A DNA stretch of 57,776 nt, filler included, from Sphacelaria rigidula (Eukaryota): the NCBI GenBank assembly GCA_964200075.2. It is 5 parts of 5 records of this genome, joined end to end, with 100 filler letters (N's around TTAATTAATTAA, not from the genome) between each part and the next. Parts side by side here need not be neighbours in the genome. Positions count along the whole stretch, not along the records: positions 1 to 11,477 come from CAXNAA020004880.1; positions 11,578 to 23,054 come from CAXNAA020004881.1; 3 more parts are not named here. One strand, given 5' to 3'. The position numbers and the translations under genes were made by a program. Shown in pieces: positions 1 through 12,325 of this stretch (its first letter is position 1; each line of letters begins with the position of its first letter). Under the pieces are notes generated by a model. The model did no database searches. It saw only the letters and a program-made list of their open reading frames with translations, and was not told the DNA's origin.

Positions 1-59
1 AGGTCAATGTCTTTGTGCGTGTGCCATGCATGATCATGACTACACCCCCCCCCCCCGCC

Positions 60-150
60 ACTCATGATCATGCCTTCTCCGTCTCGAAGTGGATGCGTGG
101 TCAATGGTCACACGACTAAGGTAAGCAACAAATGAGTACCTCCCCCCCCA
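60..150. mobile_element. Short element of the G-run/GTACTCAT-terminus family
   Basis: actcatgatcatg...aaatgagtacctccccccc; the internal sequence recurs inverted at ~22020-22100 and ~22895-22970. Confidence 0.55.
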
Positions 151-211
151 CCCCCCGCCAACCCGTGATCTCCCCGCCCCCTTCAACCTCTCCGAACCAC
201 AACTACACGTG

Positions 212-904
212 TTACCCGAGCGCAAAAGTAGAGTGCCCCCCTGGAGGACATGTAACCCTCGAGGACGGTCTGTCAGTAATGAAATTGCCGCAGTTCTGGC
301 TCGTGCCATTGGCGAACACATTGGACGACAGCGCAGCCGACACGCCTCCGCCTGCGGACGCAGCATACCCACGAGGAAGCCCGGGAATATCTGTATCTCC
401 CTCAAACCTTGCACCTGCGCACCTTTCCTCCCCCGCCCCCGGTCCCCTCCTCGCCTTACCCTTGCCGCTTCTGAACCCCCCCATCCCTACTACTCCGACG
501 CTGCCACTGCTTCGTTCGCCGAATCCTCCGCCGAATCCGTCAAACCCAGTGGATCCCGTTGTGGTTCTATTTTCATGACGAGTGGAAGGGATAGGATCCA
601 TGTAGCCAGATCCATACGCGGAGGACGAGGTCAATCCGCTGTGTGATGAGCCGGGGGAAGGTAGGGCAGCGTCGGCTACCGTTGTCGTCGGCGTGCGGTG
701 GTAGTCGATGCCGCCGGTGCCGGCTTCGGTCTCGGGTCCGCTTTGATCGTAGTTGTTGTTGTTGTTGCTGCTGATGATGGTACTGGTGGTGTCGTTGCCG
801 TACATGTCCGCACCAACAAGGCCTTTCATTGGGCTACAGCTGGTGCTATTGTGGAGCCGCGCGGAGCTCAGTCCATAGCTGGGGAAGAAGGGCGATATGG
901 CCAA
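212..904 (-). CDS. Terminal exon of a low-complexity protein ending in a SPIRAL1 (SPR1)-like microtubule-associated motif
   Basis: ORF ends ANGTSQNCGNFITDRPSSRVTCPPGGHSTFALG*, matching the plant SPR1 C-terminal signature (GQNTGNFLTDRPSTKVHxAPGGGSS). The frame is open up to 982. A pyrimidine-rich acceptor (cccttcttccccag) near 880 may be the true exon start. Confidence 0.7.
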   Translation of the reverse strand: MAISPFFPSYGLSSARLHNSTSCSPMKGLVGADMYGNDTTSTIISSNNNNNYDQSGPETEAGTGGIDYHRTPTTTVADAALPSPGSSHSGLTSSSAYGSGYMDPIPSTRHENRTTTGSTGFDGFGGGFGERSSGSVGVVGMGGFRSGKGKARRGPGAGEERCAGARFEGDTDIPGLPRGYAASAGGGVSAALSSNVFANGTSQNCGNFITDRPSSRVTCPPGGHSTFALG

Positions 905-3809
905 TACGAGAGGGGGGCGTGTGTAGGGGGATGAGATGAGCAGATGCGCTAGAGTAGAAGATGTGGTGGGGTATGGGAAGATCTACGAGGGTGAGTGTCT
1001 CATGCCGGCAGGAGGAGATCCTGTACAGCTTTGGCAGATCGCAGTCACAGTAGTTGAACCTCGACTGCTGGAACGTCTGTTCAAGCGGGCACGAATCTAG
1101 CAGCGGAGTGGCGTGTAGATGTTTTTTCGTCGCGCACGGTAGCGTATGTATTATCCTCAATCGATTTCGAACATTAGCACACGCACGCGTGTCGCTTACG
1201 ATGCTGACTTGTTGCGTTATACGATGAACACACTGCGCGTATTATGTCCTGTCTGCACAAACGGTCCCGATGTACACCGAGCTGGCATCCTAACGTATTA
1301 CTGTTCTTGCGCGAGGGAACGTTTGCGGGGGCCGTTTCACGGTTGGGCACGTTGCTTGGGGCAACCATTGCCCCTTCGACCCGTCTTCCCATCGAACTGG
1401 TACTTGTGGTCAGGAAACGTAGGCACGGTGTAACACTGGCGTTAATTCTTGTCCTCTACTTGGATATGACGCATGAACTGATAGGAAAAGCAATCGGACG
1501 TATATACACCGTCGATCCGCCTCAGCTGCCAGCGGGAGACAAAATGCAAGAGGCGTCGAAGTGGATGTTGCGGGAATTCCCGAACCACCACAACACCTTT
1601 TTACAGGGGAATGGAAAGCCATTCGATCGGCACTTTCGATAAAATCATCATTTTCAGGTCACTCTTTTGTCACCCGCAAGCATGGTTTGCCCTTTGTTCA
1701 AGCGATGGTTGATTCGCTCAACGTTCGCAGGTATTTTTCAACTTTGTACCTTTCTTCACGCACAGCAGCGTTCCCCTCGCCTCTGCTCCGCCTGTAGAAT
1801 GACTCCGAAGGATCCACTTGGTTGTTCGCGGTGGGGGTACCCCACGACAGCGCAGCGCCTACGGAGGATGACCTACCACCACCCCAGCTGAGACAGCGTT
1901 TGGATGACACCTGCTTATTTTAGGCATACGTACAATACCCGATGGGTGTTAATCTTGCGCTATACATACTGTAGTTGGGTGGATTCAAAATGGAGCTGCT
2001 ATCTTGAGTGATCGCGCGCACGAGAGAGGAGTAGGGACCGACAGTCGGGGGTAGGATCTATGTATGTCGGACTGGGCGATCGTGACAAGCGCTGAAGAAA
2101 TTATATAAAGAGCTGCATGCCGTAAAGTACCTCGGGGGAGGAAGAACTAATCAATCAACCTCCTCATCACTTCATGCAGAATCTATTAAGGTGCGGAGGT
2201 GCCATTTTGGCGGCGAATTTGAAAATCCATTTAAGGGCCTAGGGAGGTCATTCGATGCGCGCCACTGCTCCTCCTGACCGAATGCGCGGCCTACCAGTCA
2301 CAGGTCGCATTTGGAACCCTATCGGCGTTCACGATGAGGTGACTCTGCTGTACCCTTGGGCCCCCGTACTGGTGTGTAATATTTTCAACGACATATGTAT
2401 GAAAAAAACAACGTGGGATTGATGTGCACCCGCCTGGGTCTTAGTGCGTCTACAAGTGTCGACTTAGACGATATACAGACGAAATGTTTACCTCAGCGCT
2501 CCGTACCGTACGCAACATACCCGAGGCGATCCCGTGCCCATAGCCTGAGCCCCCGCGCTCGCGAATGAGCGTCTGCTGTCGCTGTCTCTCGACCCACCGC
2601 TCCTGCTGCCCGCACTACCGTGACAGCGAAACAGCGGGTGCGCGTGATCGTTCCCGTAAGAACAAACGTGCGTGGTACACGCGCGTCATTTGAGGGTTTA
2701 GAGCGCATAAAGCGCAGTGTTGTTGACAACAGGATCAAGAGACAAATCGAATTTGTTTTGTTTGACGCGTCCTGTTCATCCAGAGGTTTGCTCCCTCAGA
2801 GGCACGGGATCGTCGGAATGTTCACTCGTGTGGAAATCGGAAGAAAACATATCGCGGGCGTTCTCAATTGAAAACGCATTTTAAACTCTCGACATGATGC
2901 CCAACAGGTCCATCCTCTTCGGTATCACGACGAGCTTGCAAACATGACGAGGCAAGAATTCATCAAACAGATCAGCAACACGCAAAATACAGCATCTCCG
3001 GACTGGGCATTCGTCACGGGTGGAGAAGATACTATCGACACCCCCGGAACTCGAATACGCGACGCGAACTTGAGCAGTCATATCCCGAATCTCCGCTGAA
3101 AACAACGTAAACGCAAAATCTAAAGCTTCATCTATTTTCTGATGGACGTATTTTCTCGTATGCTTTGCCTGCTGCTTCTTCACGTCTTGGTATATCCCTT
3201 CCCAGTCCACGGTCCGACGCCAGGTATACTCCAGTAGACACACCGCACAATTTCTTCAGTACTCATGTTGTTGCTTTTCAGGCGAGCTGATCTCACAGGG
3301 AAAAACAAACTGTGCTGAATAGTTGAGACCGGATCGCCGCCGACTTCACACGACGCCTTACTGGGATACAAAACAGACTGAAAAACGGATCCTGCACCGT
3401 CATAATGGCACTCAGCAACAGGGACTCCTCGACCAACCCAGGCCCGCAAGCTTCTGCATGCGTTTACACGTGCACACCTGTGGGATGGTGCGCGATCAGC
3501 ACCGTAAAAGTTCTTTGGTGCAACCATTGCGGGCCCGTCCTTCGCGTATGGATCGCCTATCTCGCCCTGCCCCAAATGCGAGTAAACGTTGAAGCTAGAT
3601 GTCCCGCCTCCGCTCCGAGAGCCGCGTTGTGTAGGGGTTTGCGCATATCTGCGAGTATTCGTTATAACAGCTATGAAGGGAACTTCCAATAGGGAGTAGA
3701 GTTGGATATGCTGTATGCGGGGGGCGAGGGCGGGGTTTCGAGAATACTTACAATCGGTTTGGCTGGAATGAATTCGCGAGCACGGCAAAAGAGGAGCCAC
3801 CGCGGCTCG

Positions 3810-3819
3810 TGTGTGCGTG

Positions 3820-3859
<40 letters not shown>

Positions 3860-4199
3860 GTCATCCCATCTATTCTGGACGCAAGCCAACACATTTCGAT
3901 GTATGTCGATGCATCAACCGGGGTCACACAGGAGGAAGGCCAACACAGGATTTGTTTTTTCAATACTTCACCTGCCTTCTGAGGTGCTTGCCTTATTTTT
4001 TATGGCGAGAGGGGTTCAGCGGCCTCTTTTCGTCGTCGACCGTGAAGTCGACTTTTGTGTACCCACGACATCAGTCGCTCTCCACTGTTGGGCATGGTGT
4101 GAGAAAAATCCCAGATCATGTGACTTCACAGAGATTTGAACCCACGACCCACCCGTCAGAACGCTTCGAGGTTACCAACTGAGCCCCCGGGTCGACCGG
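3810..4199 (-). mobile_element. tRNA-derived SINE with (CA)n tail
   Basis: Minus strand starts ggtcgacccgggggctcagttggtaacctcgaag (A box) ... gtgggttcaaatctc (B box), then a body shared with the copy at 34448, ending in a (CA)n microsatellite. Confidence 0.75.
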
Positions 4200-4292
4200 G
4201 AGTATATCACTTTGAACTTCAGACCAACCTGCTGACGCAGGCTCTGCCGCTGAAATAAAAAAGTATAAAATGTACGACGGAAACAGGTTCTA

Positions 4293-4376
4293 CAAAAAAA
4301 AACATGTAACGGGGCTCGAACTCGTGACCTTCAGCCCCTGTGGAAGTCTCTATTATAATACCAGGTAGACAACGGG
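4293..4376 (-). pseudogene. Degenerate tRNA-like / Pol III element
   Basis: Minus strand ...ggtcacgagttcgagccccgttacatg followed by a T-run (B box plus terminator-like T tract). The cloverleaf is incomplete. Confidence 0.35.
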
Positions 4377-5055
4377 TGCAGCGTTGTCATATAAAAAGTG
4401 GAATGCACGACCCAAATTGAGGTGTTTTGAGCAAAACTTTACAGGTACGTTCTACACGCCAAATATAACCTTTGGCGTGTGCTAGGTTCAGTATCATGTA
4501 TAATTTCGACTTCAGTTCGTTCCCATAGGAAATCTTGCCGCCGTCTTTCTGCATCGCTTCTTGACCCTTCTGGGACCGGACCCCCACGAACACAAGGTTA
4601 ACCCCGTGTTCGTGGAGTAATAAAAAAATTAGTCTTCGAGCGACCTGCCCAATCACGGCGAGGCGAAATATATCGACCAGACACGAACGACCAGCGCGGG
4701 GATTGATGTCGAGTGTAATGCTACTGCAAAGATCGTGTGGGGGCCCCATCCCTGGCCTAGATAAGCCTCCCCAGGTTTCCAAGTGCAGGGTGGTCGCGGC
4801 TTGGTTTTATTGTATTACTTGCACTTAGTATAGCGTTCCCGAGTTTTTCCGGAGTGTTTTTTGGGTCCCAATTCTATACTGAAACGTATTAATTTACACT
4901 AATACAGAGTGGACCGGAAAAAACCGAGAAGGAGTGTATATGCTACAATGTGGTCATTTTCACGAGGCACTAAAGCCAGGTGGGCCGTGGAAAGACAAAA
5001 GGAGCTACCGTCATGAATTCTGCTTATCCCTCTGCCGATGACTTGCAGTGTAGAG

Positions 5056-5612
5056 TTAACACGTATGTTGTAGGTGAGGATGGAGAAGCGGTATGTAGGC
5101 AGTGGATCTCGATGGCTGGGAATTGCCCATAACGTGCAAGGGAGTATGCAACGCCAGCTGCTGCTGCAGTCGGGGAGGCGTACTGCACTGTAATTTTACT
5201 GTACTATACTCCATGTATGCGCGCCGCAACGCTGATACACCCTTCGAAGAGAATTTGTCGCATGCAAGAAAGAGGGAAATGGCGGCCCACCCCGACCACA
5301 AAGGGCTAAGTGGCAAGGTAATAAGGACAGTAACATCATCCAAAGTCACAAGTGGCGGGCGGCCCGCCGGTCGCCGTATCTTGTTGGAAGCTCTTTACGG
5401 CGACCCATAGTGCTTGCTACATCAGATGTACACTACCTAATGCGCACCCTGCACCTAAAAATGGATTGGATGAAACTTTTGGTCTTCGTCATAACCTTGC
5501 GGTCACATACGCGAATTTTCACACGCCACTGTCTGTTTTGTGCAGACGCCGGACACGTCATTCCTAACCAGCCCCATTGGTCGTTCTGGGGGCCCCGTCC
5601 CACAAGGGTTAT
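5056..5612 (-). mobile_element. piggyBac-like non-autonomous element (copy A)
   Basis: ~550 bp homologous in inverted orientation to 14116-14660. One terminus reads gtcccacaaggg-ttat; TTAA is at 5056. Confidence 0.55.
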
Positions 5613-6580
5613 TTCAGCTTGTTAATTCACAAAAGCCTATTGAAAGACCCAACGATATGTACGTATATTTGTTAGTCTTTCGTTTCTTACGTATGCGAGT
5701 TTCTTTTTATTACGCACTTCGTTTTTTTGTTCTATGCTGAGAGGTAGGTGTAAATCACGCGCCGCCTTATGCATACTTTGGTGGAATATGTGCGACTTAT
5801 GCGCCTTTTTCGCGTCCTTGTTGTGGCGGTTTTCGGCGGCACCCCCCATGAAACGTACCTTCCAGCATGAAAACAAGACGACACGTTGAATGTTTCAAAA
5901 AATCGCGCTTGCTTGGAAGAAGGGCTCGCTCGTTTTCTCCATTCATTGATTTTGAAGGCCACAACTACTTTCTTGGATTCTACAGCGGTGTTACCTGTTA
6001 ATCTCCCCGACTTTACTCTTGCGACTCACATTTCAGCTCTTGCATGCATTTAACCACACATCGTATTTCAGGAACCTGTGATATCATACACGTACGTACT
6101 GAATGGCACACCACTATGCTTATTATGGTGCCGCTTGGCACTCTAGCCCCTGGCCCAGCAAGCTACCCCCGCATCATCCACAGCCGACCGTGGCATTCCT
6201 CTCCTTGCCGTCCCGGTTGTATTTCAGCATTACAGCCGACGCTATTCTATCACTTAGTGCCCTCTCCTGACGTTGTGGCGAAAGCCGCCGTCTGATGTGA
6301 AATATGGCACGTTTATTGTTCTATTTAGTTTCACATTAACATAAAATAGTTCACATACAGCACAATAATCGATACCAGCCCCGCAACAAGATTCAAAAAC
6401 AGAAATTACGGACACAATCGCCACGACACCACAAGCCACGCCAGATGGAGCACCTGTGGGCAGCCACGAGCTGCTGGGCAGGGGGTGTATAATCCCGTTG
6501 GAGTATTATATGCACCAAGTTATGCGTAAAACTCAGCTTGTATACCTGTAACCGTGGATGCTCAAAAATGGGGTTGGAAA

Positions 6581-6937
6581 AAAATGAGGTTCCACTCAAA
6601 AGCCGTGCTTTCCTTGACCTAAATTCATGACAAATGACTTTCACATGGACGACCTCATCCGTCCCGACCTCCCTAACACTATTTCGGGGGATGTCTAGCC
6701 TTGTGTTCCCCAAGGGGTGTGTGCGAAAGCATGATTTTCTGGCCAAAAATCATCATTTTTTCACCCCGGAATCGAGGTAAAAGTGTGCTTTCGCACATAC
6801 CCTTTGGAAAAACGGAAGGCTAGGAATCCCTCGAAATAGTTTCAGGGAGGTCGCGAGAGATGAGGTCGTCCGTATGAAAGTCATTTGTCATGAACTTAGG
6901 TCAGGGAAAGCACGGCTTTTGAGTTGAACCTCATTTT
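6581..6937. mobile_element. Foldback/MITE long inverted repeat
   Basis: ~165-bp arms: aaaatgaggttccactcaaaagccgtgctttcc... pairs with ...ggaaagcacggcttttgagttgaacctcatttt, with a ~30-bp loop. Confidence 0.8.
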
Positions 6938-7898
6938 CAAGAATCCACTGTTCTTCGCTATGCTGAAGTCTCGAAAAACATAGCTCCATGTTTCAAAAAA
7001 ACGCATGGGGTTATTATGCGCAAAACCCCGCTTATTTATGCCGAGTTTTATGCGCGCATAAAAAACAAAAGCCTAATATTCGTCGACGTGCGACATTTCG
7101 GGGGGTTTCTTCAGAATCTGGAACGGACTCTAATTTGCTGGATTTCTTTTATGGCTGGCCCATACTCGTACGCTTTTGCGTCTTGATACAGTATGCGATC
7201 GCATATCATGTGTAAAATATTACAGTAAGCTTTTAACTCGCAAAAACGGCCCGTTCAAAGCTGATCTAGTGCCGAAACTTGAAGGGTGGCTCAGCCTGTC
7301 CCTCGAATGAACGTAAATCACCGCCGGCGACAACAACAGGAGGAAGTAATGTTAGACCGCCGGATGCACGACGGTCTTCTTTTGATGTAAGATTAGGCGA
7401 TGTTCCAGCAGCGCTCAGGCGCCTTCCCTAGAGGAAGATGGTTTTACTCAACCCCAATAGGACCGCTCTACATGAGTGCAGGCAGCAGTCACTTATCCAT
7501 CCACTTGAGGGAAGCGTTGTTGCTTCCGCAAACCAATAGGTAGGGTGTCCACTATCCCCATCATGTATTCAAAAAGCGAACTTTTGTTTTACTTTTGACT
7601 CATTTAGCGCTCCTTGTAATCAGTGTGTATCGCAACAGCCGACTTTGAGCGGGATTGGTCGAGTCAGCCGCTTCTGCGCGAATCCTTGAAAATTATCGTT
7701 TTTCGTTACATGTGAGACAGCAGAACCTCCACCAAGTCACCCGCCCAATCTCTACTACTACCACCGTTGTGCAGCACGAAGACAGGCAGGCGAACCCTAT
7801 TGCGTCGCATCTTGCGCACCTACCGCACAGGATAGAGTGAAGAATAAGCAGAATCCGCTTCCCATCCCCCCGATATACGCAGAAACAAACATACACAC

Positions 7899-7990
7899 CT
7901 CCCAAGCCCAGCTCCTTGACCTGATAACAGCTCACTAATGCTGCCGCTGCTGCCTCCGCCGCCGCTCGTCTCCGCTCCGACAGGCTTCAT
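7899..7990 (-). CDS. Probable first exon of a gene divergent from the SDR
   Basis: ATG at 7990, reading MKPVGAETSGGGGSSGSISELLSG... in GC-rich codons; candidate GT donors near 7920 and 7898. Confidence 0.35.
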
Positions 7991-8275
7991 AGAATTCCCG
8001 ATCCAGATCGCAATATTGTTTCCTCTTGCCACAGCTTGACTTTCGTGTTGTACAAGAGCCTACTGGTGGGGGAATCAGCGTATCCTTCCAGTCGTACAAA
8101 TGTCCTGTTCATGTGTGCACGGCTAGTTGGCAGTACGTGGTACGTAACTGCACACCCGCACCCCAACAAGTGCCGCGCTGTCACGAGCTCGGCCGTATCT
8201 TGGTGGATCATGACCGCAATTTTTAGTCATGCTCCAAATCGGGGCCTGTCCGATGTAGTTTCCATGCAGCACAAA

Positions 8276-8443
8276 ATGGCTGCTCTCTCTACGGCGAAGA
8301 CCGCGATCGTAACGGGGGGAGCCTCGGGATTAGGCCGTGCGACCGCTATACGCTTGGCCGGCCGCGGATTCGGGGTGGTGGTGGCCGACTTGCGCAACGA
8401 AGTGCCTTTCGAGGAGACCAACATTAGATTTGCCGAAACAGAT
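8276..8443 (+). CDS. First exon of a short-chain dehydrogenase/reductase (3-hydroxyacyl-CoA dehydrogenase type 2 / HSD17B10-like)
   Basis: MAALSTAKTAIVTGGASGLGRATAIRLAGRGFGVVVADL...FAETD contains the TGxxxGxG Rossmann motif, followed by a phase-0 donor GTAAGC at 8444. Later exons were not found in this contig. Confidence 0.85.
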
Positions 8444-11151
8444 GTAAGCTGCAATCATGCATCGCATGTATAGTACTGTAGCAGCCTGAGAATATATCAC
8501 GCTGAACGCACATGATACTGAACTCGTCGTGTTTCTTGTCCTGGATCGATAGTCGATGCTCGTGCCGAACAAATATGTGTGGATCCTTGGTACAAACTAG
8601 ACGCCGTCCTCTAGGTCGTACTGAGTATGACAGTACTTATTGAAGTTTTAGTGTCACTGCTTTTACCACCCCCCTGAAGTGGACTCGGTGGAGTCAAATT
8701 CGGTGAAGCTTGTCATCACGAACATTCTGGCATCAAGCGGTAGACCACTCCTGAAGCTACGCCCTCGTGTACTTCGGCTCAATTTATCCATCACGGCGCA
8801 CGAAGTTTGGAAAATATGTTTCCCCAAAGACAGCAGTACAGCAAGTTGACTCTCCGTACTTGAACAAAACTAGCAGCCATTTCCATCACGATACAACAGT
8901 CTACAACAGTAGCAACAGTGACGGTCAGTAGTACTTTCCAAACACGGCCGATTGGCTATTTGGAGACGAGGCCGTGCACATGGGTCTTCTCATTCACAGT
9001 ACAGTATCGACCAACTACAAGCTGATCTATTGAAGTTCCCTTTGCCGTGCCGTTTAAAGCCGACTGTTAAGTTAACATACATCCATCAACCACCGGAGGT
9101 CTGGCACAATATCTTTGGCCGTACCTGCCCGCATCGTTGTCCGATCTCATGTGTTCTGATGCCTTTGGAGAAGTGATTACCCCCACAACGACCAGTGCTG
9201 AGTCTTACGAGTATCGACACGCAGTTTTACCCAGATCGAAGCCCAGACCTGCACACAGGCACAAAAATGCGGCGGTCCCGGAAGTGGCCGTTAGTCCAAT
9301 ATCTCTGCAGCGCCGACTAACCGAGCCACGAAAACCCACGCACAGACACCTACCACCCACGCCCATTAGCTCAAGTGCTAGCTCTTAATCATCTCCACAC
9401 TGCAGTCTTTGGTTGACGGAAATCCGTCCAGTATTGGATGAGAGGCGGCAGCGTGCGTGTCAGATTGCAACCGGAAACGTGCCGTTGCTGACTGTTGTGT
9501 GAGCGTGTGCTGTACAGTACGCGCGTCTCACGCAAATCATCATTTCTCACTGAATTCTGAACCGATTTGAGCAAGGTCCCGCATAGCATCCTCAGCTGAT
9601 GACCAGCAATGGATGGAGCGATGTGTTATGGTTTACGAGGGCAATGCGATCGTCAGGTTCACGTTTGATTGTGTTGACTTTTCTGCCAAGCCTTTGATTA
9701 TGCCCCTATCAACGGGACGTTTTATGTTCCTGTTCGAGGTCTCACAAAATCACTTTTGCTTTTGCTGATTTTTTTGCACTTCTTTTTTTTTTTAAAGGGG
9801 GGGGGGGGGTTGCAGCAAACAATCATCGGTCGTTTTTCTACAAAAGTGATTTTTTTTTTCAAGTGATAATCACTTCCGATAAGACCCCACCTTAGTGACC
9901 AGTTCACAAGAAACGGGGTTAGGAAATATCAGGCTGAGATTTAGAACAAAGAAAGGAAAGTGTTCAGTCTCAGCGACGACCGCTACATCAAGTCCAATAC
10001 AGTAGGTCTTTGCATCAAAAAAGAAGCTCAGGCTGAGCCTGGTTTTCAGTTTTTTATGACCGGGCTGCCGCTGTACAACAGTACCCTGCTCCTTGCAGCA
10101 GCACACGTTCATCGAGGCTACTCTACTTGTTGCGCTATGTTACCGTGTACATGCTGAGCTCGACCGTTCGCATGTTGTGTCCTGATATATTTTTATTGGC
10201 TGTCTGACGAGCTGTATCGCGTCTGAGATTCTGATTCCAATTTCCAATTTGTCCCCTCAGTGGCGGGCGGCTCTGCCGATGGTCTTGGGGTAATTCTTAA
10301 CACCACTAGCACTGAGAACCCACAGAGGCACTCTCGAAAGGCAAACAATGTCCCGGGGCCGTGTTTCCACAATAATGCAATGTTTTGTCAGTTCACACCG
10401 CCGCTGTTGTTGGGTTAGACCTTCTTGCAAGAATGGTTGATCTTCATGTCTGTGTGTTACCATCCCATCTACTGCTCTGGACAAAAACGCCTGCGCACAC
10501 GAAAATATTAACGACGACTGTAACTTAAGAAAAGCGGCGGGCGAACGGTGAACAAGCAGTCAGCAAGAGGTCGGCGCTACTCGCACCTACTGCCCCAAAA
10601 CGGACATACTGTATATCGTCTTCGATACCGAGAATCAAGCCGTACTGCTGCAGTCTAATAAATTTATGAGCAGATCAAAAGCATTCCATCGAACCCAACG
10701 ACCACTCCGTGTGCAGTGACGTCGCGGCTATATTACTGTAGTTTGAAGACGCCTTGACTGGCCTTCTATTTTTCTCCCACGTATATAGCACGAAAGTTAC
10801 CCGCCACGGGCTCTGGCGGCCTACACGATTGTGGGCCTCCCGCAGCATTTTTTTTCTTGACTTTTAGTGCACCCAACCGTGTACGACTTGAGGTTGGTAT
10901 CGGCTGGTCGAGCAATAGAAGACGGCACAGCCACCTCTGATCACTTGTATGCGGGGCGAGTCGAATGCGAGCATCATAATACCATGTAGAGCGCTCGCGC
11001 GAATATTCGCGTACTTCTGAATCACCATTAAGGTATGAAGCTACGGAAGCGTTTCTAAGCGCACAAAGCAACGATGGACGGCGGGCGTAGCGCTGTAGTG
11101 GGAAACATGTGTTGCACCGCGTCTTGAACAGCCCCCCTCCCAGAAATACAT

Positions 11152-11400
11152 GTTGATTGGTTGATTGTCGCACATGAACATTAACTGATCCCCGAGGGAC
11201 CCAGGCGTGATTGGTCATTATCTACCGAGATGGATGTACCCAAGGTGAACGAAGCGGAAACACTGGCTGCATCAAAAGAAAAAGCGAGAAAAAACAAACT
11301 ATAAAACGAACAAAAAGAGCAAACGGAGAAACAAGAGACAAGAAGGAAACCAAGCGGGAAGGGACGGGAAAGGAAAGGAACGGAACGGAGAAGAACTCGG
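11152..11400 (-). mobile_element. Retroposon (LINE/SINE) 3' end with (AATC)n-like tail
   Basis: Reverse complement reads ...gataatgaccaatcacgcctgggtccctcggggatcagttaatg...tgtgcgacaatcaaccaatcaac. Related tails at ~14060-14119, ~15290-15340, ~38500-38575 and 46304-46365. Confidence 0.55.
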
Positions 11401-11477
11401 GGGGGGGGGGGGGGGGGAGCCACGGGCATTGTTCTCATGCATATAACTGCTCTCGATTCCCCCCCCCCAAAACGGGG

Positions 11478-11577
11478 NNNNNNNNNNNNNNNNNNNNNNN
11501 NNNNNNNNNNNNNNNNNNNNNTTAATTAATTAANNNNNNNNNNNNNNNNNNNNNNNNNNNNNNNNNNNNNNNNNNNN
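11478..11577. other. Artificial contig linker N44-TTAATTAATTAA-N44
   Basis: Six-frame stop linker embedded in Ns; identical at four positions. Confidence 0.98.
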
Positions 11578-12106
11578 TCACCACAGTTATGAACGCCATA
11601 CACGGGCAGGTAGCATAACCCTGTCCTTTATTTTGCCGGCGAAGGCAAGCAAACGACGAGATCAGCGCCATCTGTAATGAGATATCTAACAGCAACAGCA
11701 GATCTTGACAATAACGAGCCTAAAAACGCGTCCATTTTCTACTGTTTTTGACTGTTTTGTTTTGCAAACGATCGCCTTGCTCCTTCGTTATGCGGTGGAG
11801 AGAGGGGGGTGATGGGTGGGTAGTCTGTAGAGGGACGGAGAGCCTCAAATACATGTTTTCCCGTGGACAGCTGAGAGCCACAGACGAATATTTTTCCGTG
11901 CGCAGCTAGCAGCCGTTCACCCTTTTTGCAGCTGACTGCCACAAAATAGTACATACCCTCAGTCGTGACTAGCCCGTACACAACAGAGGCATACCAGACT
12001 CGAGGCTCTCCGTATATTCCAAAAGTATTTTACAGGAAACACTACCGGAACTTCGAGTATGAAGTACCCTCGACGTTCGTAGTCTGTTTGTTGCCTCTGG
12101 GACACG

Positions 12107-12325
12107 GCATTGTTTCATGTGGGAGTGATGCCGATTCATTAGCCAGCGTGATGACCTCACAGCCAAAGGGTCAGACGACTCATGAATCGGATCAATTTTC
12201 CTCAAAAATTACTCCGAAATACCCTGGCATTGTTTCAAGTAAAAATGATGCTGATTCATCCACCAACGTATCCTCGCAGCCAAAGGGTCAGGTGACTAAT
12301 GAATCGGATCACTTTCCCTCAAAAC
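12107..12325 (+). repeat. Direct duplication, ~120-bp unit x2
   Basis: ggcattgtttca...cagccaaagggtcag...atgaatcggatca...cctcaaaa occurs twice. Confidence 0.7.

Noticed and set aside
132-646. Plus-strand Pro-rich ORFs 132-578 and 209-646
   Set aside because: Antisense shadows of the G-rich minus-strand exon that carries the SPR1-like motif.
11522-11533. TTAATTAATTAA as a biological motif, and X-containing ORFs
   Set aside because: Synthetic six-frame stop linker.
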